Source: an uncultured virus (IMG/VR IMGVR_UViG_3300033562_000715) (lineage: Duplodnaviria; Heunggongvirae; Uroviricota; Caudoviricetes). From it: 64,000 bases of DNA. The stretch lies in IMG/VR virus record IMGVR_UViG_3300033562_000715; one strand, written 5' to 3'. This document shows, piece by piece, positions 58,599 through 64,000 of the stretch. The number at the start of each line of letters is the position of its first letter. The stretch's first letter is position 1. The notes under the pieces are model-generated. The model was given only the letters and a program-made list of their open reading frames with translations, did no database searches and had not been told where the DNA came from. Made by a program: the position numbers and the translations under genes.

Positions 58599-59784
58599 CT
58601 GCCAAGGTATTTTTAAACGTAATGACTTCAAATCTTATTCTGAGTTTTATCTTGCACTTTGTATTAGTTCTGTATGTAAAGCTAGGGGTTTTCAACTAGA
58701 TATGTCCTTAATGAATATTGAATCAAATGTTATACCAAGTGAACATATTACTTACTTTAAGTACTTATTGGGTAATGGTTCGATATACATCGAAGGTGTA
58801 CAAGCTGAAGAAGAATTAGTAGAGCCAAGTTTATTCTTTGATACAACTCTGCTAGAATTGTGCAAAGACAAACTTTATGTAGAATGCAAAGATGCTTATG
58901 AATGGGTATACAAAGACTTCACAGATAGATGTACTGAAGAATTAGGTTATATTGGAGTGGGTAAGTTGCCTATAGCACTTATACACATAGTTGCTAGTTT
59001 TATGTTAGATGTGATTACAGGTGTTAAAGGTAAAACTAAACCTTTAAAGATAATAATAACTGACATGGTTGTAAAGAATACTCCAGTATATGTAAACTTA
59101 GTTTCTTGTGATAAAACCTTTGATTTATTCAATGAACTTATATCATTAGATGTAGACTTTTCAGACTTCAAAGTAGACTTAGACTATTCAATTCTATGCA
59201 ATAATGGTAAGGCAGCTAAAAGAAACCGTCTTTGGACGATTGAAGATAAGCGTAAATTCTTTGAAAAAGAAGGGTTTAAAGAGGGTATGATTGCTATTCT
59301 TTGGACTAGAAAGGGTATGTGCACTAGTAATCCAGCAGGTAGAATTATTGACGCATCAGTTGTTCGTTTGGATAAACTTTTAACTGACAGGTTAGATGTA
59401 ACCAAAATAGCAATTAACAAAACAAAGGAGGAACTCCTTGACGACTACAGAGATATACCAGATGAAAAGCAATATCTCTTTGCAGACATTCTAAACGGTG
59501 GACCTAACTTAACTAAAACCTCTTTAAGTCTTTATGACTTGGGTATAAACAACTATTTTGAAATGGAAGACTCTTTTATAACTCTTATTGATGCTCGTTG
59601 TAAGGTTACAAAGAAGATAACAATTGATAGAGAGGCTATTTATCTTGAACTAACTAACATTGATGCCATCTATTGGTTACTTTGCCAATATAGTGTAGAC
59701 TTTGACCGAGCTCTTTACAGACAGGTATACAATAAAGGCGAAATGCTTTTATGGGATGAATTTGGAGAGGATGAAGTAGACTAA
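58582..59784 (+). CDS. hypothetical protein
   Basis: 400 aa; overlaps the HTH gene; GGAGG RBS. Confidence 0.75.
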   Translation: MLDRINCQGIFKRNDFKSYSEFYLALCISSVCKARGFQLDMSLMNIESNVIPSEHITYFKYLLGNGSIYIEGVQAEEELVEPSLFFDTTLLELCKDKLYVECKDAYEWVYKDFTDRCTEELGYIGVGKLPIALIHIVASFMLDVITGVKGKTKPLKIIITDMVVKNTPVYVNLVSCDKTFDLFNELISLDVDFSDFKVDLDYSILCNNGKAAKRNRLWTIEDKRKFFEKEGFKEGMIAILWTRKGMCTSNPAGRIIDASVVRLDKLLTDRLDVTKIAINKTKEELLDDYRDIPDEKQYLFADILNGGPNLTKTSLSLYDLGINNYFEMEDSFITLIDARCKVTKKITIDREAIYLELTNIDAIYWLLCQYSVDFDRALYRQVYNKGEMLLWDEFGEDEVD

Positions 59785-59887
59785 TTTAGATATTTGATAG
59801 GTAAAAACAGAACTAGCAAATACTGTATATTAGATATGAATGTTGGATTATTTGTTTATTGCTATAGACTGATGGGAGGATTTATTA

Positions 59888-62137
59888 ATGGAAGAAAGCA
59901 ATATATTTGATGACTTAATGGACTTTAGGGGTAGCGTAGACTTCTCCAAAGCCTTAAAGGATAAAAAGGAAGAAACTGAAAAAGACTTAGCTGAGGAGAA
60001 ATTAAAGCCATCTCAAAAGCTTTTAAATGCTATCATAGCTGAAGGATTTGACCTATCTCAGATGGAGCCAATACTTAGAACAAAGGGTAATCAATTAGTA
60101 ATCTCTTGTGCAGGAAGTGGTAAAACTACTTCTTTGATATTTAAGGTAATTTTTGATTTAAAGACTGGTTATGCCACTAGAGTGATGGATATGAATGGTA
60201 ACCAAGTTAGAATTCCAGACAAGATTTGGGTTTCAACATTCTTAAAATCAGGTGCTGAGGAATTAAACTCTTCCTTAAAGAAATGGCAACGTAGGTTACA
60301 TTGTGTAGATACATCTAAGGCAATAACATTTAGTACGTTACATGCTGAATTTAAAAGAGCTTTAACAGCTATGGGTGTAGCTACTCCAATAGTATCGGGT
60401 AAAGATAACTCAAATTACTTGAAAGATGTTGTAAAACCTTATCAGCTTTTAAATGAAAAGGGTAGACCACTAACTTCTGAGGATTACAAAGACCTTGAAA
60501 GTGCTTTGTCATATACCAGGGGTAGATTAGATGAATCTAGGTACAACTCAAAGATATATTATGATTTAAATATTGGTGCACCTATTATAGACCTTATATT
60601 AAGGGATTGGAAAGCTAAAAGAATCACTCAAGGTGTATACGACTTTGAAGATATGCAAGAGAAGTTATACTCTGAGTGTGTTGTAAAAAATAATCAAGAA
60701 GTTATTGATTTCCTTTCTAAAAGGTACAACTTTATTTACTTGGATGAGTTTCAGGACACATCCCAAATACAATACATGTTATTACAAATTTATGCTTTAG
60801 GTAGTAAACAGGTTGTTGTTTATGGCGATGATGACCAGACTATTTATTCATGGAGGGGTAGTGACCATAGAATTATTACAGAGAAGTTTGCAGAGGATTT
60901 TTCTCCAACGGTTAATATTTTATCTCAGAACTTTAGATGCCCACAGAACATCTTAAATGCCATCAAACCTTGTATAGAACAAAATACAGAAAGGTTTGAA
61001 AAAGACTTATATTCGTCTAAAGACGGTGGTATAGTTAGGGTTGCACCTTGTGGTAGTTATGCAAAGATGGTTTCTACTTTGAGTGACTTAGTATATGAAG
61101 ACATAAAGCAAGATAGAGACGTAGCAATCCTTTGTAGGGTAAACTCAGATGGTTTACTTCCAGCTTTAATCTTAGATAAGTTAGATAAGTTCTCATTTAG
61201 TATAAGTGGAGAGGGTATGTCTTTGGACTCATTTATTGGTAGACTGGTTTTATCAATCGTAAAATTATTTACAGAGAAAACAACTCCATCGGTTAAATCT
61301 GCTTTAAAACAGCTTTCATGGGATAGTTATGGTATTGATAATCTTATGAAAATACTTAAGAATAACAAACTTAGTATATGGTCTATAGATGAAAAAGATT
61401 TAGCATATTCTTGCCCATCAATTGCAGAGAAGATTTTAACTTGGAGGGGTTGGAGAAAGTCTATGGGTGAAATACAAACCTTGCGTTTAGTACTTCAAGA
61501 TTATAGATTAAATGTATTTAACAACGGTACTCCATTTAGTGAGAAAGTAAGGTCAGTGCTATCATCTGTAGAAGCCTTGATAGATTACTTCAACTATGAA
61601 TATGTAGAAGATTTTGAGATGGAATTAGATGATATTAATGAAAGGTTAAAAGGCAGAAAGGGTAAAGAATCTGCCAGGGTAAGAATTGCGACAGTTCATG
61701 AAATGAAGGGTAAAGAGGCTTCATCAGTATATGTTTGGAATGCAACGGAAGATGTTTATCCTATCAGAGATTCAGCAGAAACTTTAACATTGTTAGAAGA
61801 AGAAAGAAGAATCTTTTACATAGCTTGTACAAGAGCTAAAGATATTAGCACCTTAGTTTATTCAAAGAATAGCCCATCAATGTTTCTTAGTGAGATGGAC
61901 TTATCTATGGCTGAGATTGTTAATTCAACAGGTGAGGTACAGGGTATATTAAACAAGAATGCCGAACAGAATAAGAACTTGCAGCTTTTTGAAAAGTCAG
62001 CGTCAGAAACAGAAGAACTAATTGTAGACTTGCCTTATAATCAGGATGATGCCTTTAAAGATACATTTAGTCCAACAAGTCAGTATGATGGGTTTTTAGA
62101 TGTAAATGAATTTTGGACTCCTGATGATTTAGGGTAA
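59888..62137 (+). CDS. UvrD/PcrA/Rep-family SF1A helicase
   Basis: CAGSGKTT, YLDEFQD, GDDDQTIYSWRG, QNFRC, TVHEMKGKE, EERRIFYIACTRAK. Confidence 0.92.
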   Translation: MEESNIFDDLMDFRGSVDFSKALKDKKEETEKDLAEEKLKPSQKLLNAIIAEGFDLSQMEPILRTKGNQLVISCAGSGKTTSLIFKVIFDLKTGYATRVMDMNGNQVRIPDKIWVSTFLKSGAEELNSSLKKWQRRLHCVDTSKAITFSTLHAEFKRALTAMGVATPIVSGKDNSNYLKDVVKPYQLLNEKGRPLTSEDYKDLESALSYTRGRLDESRYNSKIYYDLNIGAPIIDLILRDWKAKRITQGVYDFEDMQEKLYSECVVKNNQEVIDFLSKRYNFIYLDEFQDTSQIQYMLLQIYALGSKQVVVYGDDDQTIYSWRGSDHRIITEKFAEDFSPTVNILSQNFRCPQNILNAIKPCIEQNTERFEKDLYSSKDGGIVRVAPCGSYAKMVSTLSDLVYEDIKQDRDVAILCRVNSDGLLPALILDKLDKFSFSISGEGMSLDSFIGRLVLSIVKLFTEKTTPSVKSALKQLSWDSYGIDNLMKILKNNKLSIWSIDEKDLAYSCPSIAEKILTWRGWRKSMGEIQTLRLVLQDYRLNVFNNGTPFSEKVRSVLSSVEALIDYFNYEYVEDFEMELDDINERLKGRKGKESARVRIATVHEMKGKEASSVYVWNATEDVYPIRDSAETLTLLEEERRIFYIACTRAKDISTLVYSKNSPSMFLSEMDLSMAEIVNSTGEVQGILNKNAEQNKNLQLFEKSASETEELIVDLPYNQDDAFKDTFSPTSQYDGFLDVNEFWTPDDLG

Positions 62138-62173
62138 AATAAAAGAATAAAAGGATGAAAGGGGAAGGGATAT

Positions 62174-63055
62174 ATGAAGTTTAATGGCACAGAGCTTATA
62201 TTAGACAACTTTAGAGACTTATTGTTTTCTTATTCCATTGATATACAGGATGTTGTTAGAAGTAGCATCCTAGATAACGTTGATATCTGTCCATATATAC
62301 AGGATTGTGTTAACTCACCATTCAAGTTAGACCAAATAAGGCTAGCATTGAAAGAGGGTATGATGAAAGATGAGTATTTATTCTTAACAGGAGAAATGCT
62401 TTTCCAGATTAGAAAGATGTCTAAAAGAGGGGTAAGTCTTACTCAGGTACAGAAACAGTTACAAAATGGTTTAAGTGAGGAGTATATCATATACTTATTA
62501 CAATGGGTAGATGATGGAATAAACCTTAGTAAACTCAATATAGGTATCATACCAAAGAGTCTTTTGGATACATTTGACTACGGTCTTAGGGGTGGCTTTG
62601 ATATGAGTCTATTCAATAATGGTGTTACTTTCCCTATAAAATATGTAATGAATTGTTTACAGATTTTAAATAATGGAAAGTCTATAACTTTCTTATTAAG
62701 TGGAGATTGGGATTTACCATGTGTTGAATATCTAAATAAGTTTTCTAAAGTATCAAACAAGGTATGGTCTGCTTTAGTAAATAACATAGCACCGAACACT
62801 TCTTTAGAACGATTAAAGCTATTAGCGTTATTAGTGAAAGCTAATGTTTCTATAGTGAAGTTACAGGAGAAAGTAGACTCTAAGCAGTTGTATAACAATA
62901 AATGCTTATCTATATTACATTCAGGTTTACTCTTAGACCTTGATATTGATGAACTTATGACGGAAACAAACCCTGAAAAGATGGAACAACTTAAAAGCAA
63001 ACTAGAGCTTGCTAAGAAGAAAACGATAAGTGGTCGATTAGTAAGAAACAATTGA
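62174..63055 (+). CDS. hypothetical helical-repeat protein
   Basis: Recurring LDQIRLALKEG / FDYGLRGG / LHSGLLLD units. Confidence 0.7.
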   Translation: MKFNGTELILDNFRDLLFSYSIDIQDVVRSSILDNVDICPYIQDCVNSPFKLDQIRLALKEGMMKDEYLFLTGEMLFQIRKMSKRGVSLTQVQKQLQNGLSEEYIIYLLQWVDDGINLSKLNIGIIPKSLLDTFDYGLRGGFDMSLFNNGVTFPIKYVMNCLQILNNGKSITFLLSGDWDLPCVEYLNKFSKVSNKVWSALVNNIAPNTSLERLKLLALLVKANVSIVKLQEKVDSKQLYNNKCLSILHSGLLLDLDIDELMTETNPEKMEQLKSKLELAKKKTISGRLVRNN

Positions 63056-63197
63056 AGTTAGTAAGAACCCACCTAAGTTGATACGATTGGTATAAGGTTT
63101 ATAAAGAATTATGTTTTTATAAGGAATATCTTTTATTTAGAATTAGAATTTGCTATAATTAGTATATAGAAAAATTATAGCAATGGAGGTAGAGAGT

Positions 63198-64000
63198 ATG
63201 TATTTTGCAAATTTATTAGGTGAAGATGGTGTAAGGTCTTTTGATAGAGGTTCTTCTAAGTGTATTCCTTTTGTAAATGAACACGAGAATACAACAGCAG
63301 GTTTTGTGGCATTGAAAGATGGTAAGTTAGTGGTTTCAACAGATGGTGAAAACCTTTTCCTAAAGGGCATTAAAAATGAGAAAGATGATGCAGTCCTTAA
63401 TTTTACTTCTCACAAAGCTCATAAGGGTAAAACAAAGCATCTTACCTTTAAAGAAATTAAAGACACTGATGAAAACCCCTTGATTATTGTTTTATGTAAA
63501 GAAATTTCTTTATATGATAGCATTCCTACAGGGCTGAAGTACATCTATATTGGGGAAGATTATATGTTAGCTTGCCTAATCTATGGTGCTTGTGATTTTG
63601 ATGGCATAACAATGCAAAGATGTAATGTGACAGACACCAATGGAAAACAGAAAGCAACTTTCACTGGTAAACATCTTAGTTTATTCTCAAGATGTATCGA
63701 CCCAGAAACAGAATATTGTTACATGAAAGATGTTGTAAACCATGTTGAGTTATCTTACAAAGGAGAAGAAGGTTGTAGTCGTTATTCAACTGTAACATCT
63801 ATGGTAAACAAGTTTGATGAAAGAGGTCTTAAAGAGGCTCAGGAACAAAGAGCACGTGACCTTATTCGTAAACAACAAGTTCAAGATTTAAAAGATTCTG
63901 CAGAACAAGAAAGAGTAAGTATCATAGATAAGAAAAGACAGGATATTGAACAAGAAGAAGCATCTAAAGGTGCAGCAATGTTCCTTAAAGCAGTACAGGA
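63198..64000 (+). CDS. hypothetical protein, 3'-truncated by window edge
   Basis: ATG 63198 after GGAGGT, promoter TTTGCTATAAT at 63149; MYFANLLGEDG... frame appears open to the end. Confidence 0.75.
   Translation, partial: MYFANLLGEDGVRSFDRGSSKCIPFVNEHENTTAGFVALKDGKLVVSTDGENLFLKGIKNEKDDAVLNFTSHKAHKGKTKHLTFKEIKDTDENPLIIVLCKEISLYDSIPTGLKYIYIGEDYMLACLIYGACDFDGITMQRCNVTDTNGKQKATFTGKHLSLFSRCIDPETEYCYMKDVVNHVELSYKGEEGCSRYSTVTSMVNKFDERGLKEAQEQRARDLIRKQQVQDLKDSAEQERVSIIDKKRQDIEQEEASKGAAMFLKAVQ

Noticed and set aside
716..63370. All minus-strand ORFs in the track (for example 882..1388, 40524..40922, 45080..45493, 62578..63051)
   Set aside because: They overlap well-supported + strand genes, have no obvious RBS, and have Ser/Leu/Phe-rich antisense-shadow composition.
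1..64000. Stop-codon reassignment as the cause of split genes
   Set aside because: Long ORFs are intact under the standard code, TAG/TGA/TAA all end genes, and the split halves are distant or in reversed order.

Overview
AT-rich, gene-dense segment with essentially all genes on the + strand, Firmicutes-type RBSs (GGAGG) and sigma-A-like extended -10 promoters. It is best read as the DNA replication/recombination region of a large phage (or phage-like megaplasmid) of a low-GC Gram-positive host; no virion, lysis, integrase, rRNA or CRISPR features are visible. Recognisable genes: family A DNA polymerase with long terminal extensions, beta-clamp-like and delta (HolA)-like proteins, gp32-like SSB, RecD2-like and UvrD/PcrA helicases, RuvC-like resolvase, SbcD, YhaM-like exonuclease, guanylate kinase, ParB-HNH fusion, Nudix, J-domain, radical SAM and a giant FtsK/HerA-like ATPase. 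Three enzymes that are normally single polypeptides are split across separate genes: the NAD-type ligase (halves in reversed order), the DnaG primase (halves 32 kb apart) and SbcC/Rad50 (split at the zinc hook). The most striking feature is a self-contained non-coding unit at about 54.13-54.62 kb: promoter, tRNA-like RNA without a usable anticodon loop, ~230-nt pseudoknotted RNA resembling the raiA motif, second degenerate tRNA-like element, terminator. The tRNA mimics sit where host RNase Z and RNase P would excise the central RNA. Also noted: a 1-kb origin-like intergenic region with phased repeats and a parS-like palindrome, and strong enrichment of GGGTA on the + strand. All family assignments come from reading motifs by eye; no database searches were run.
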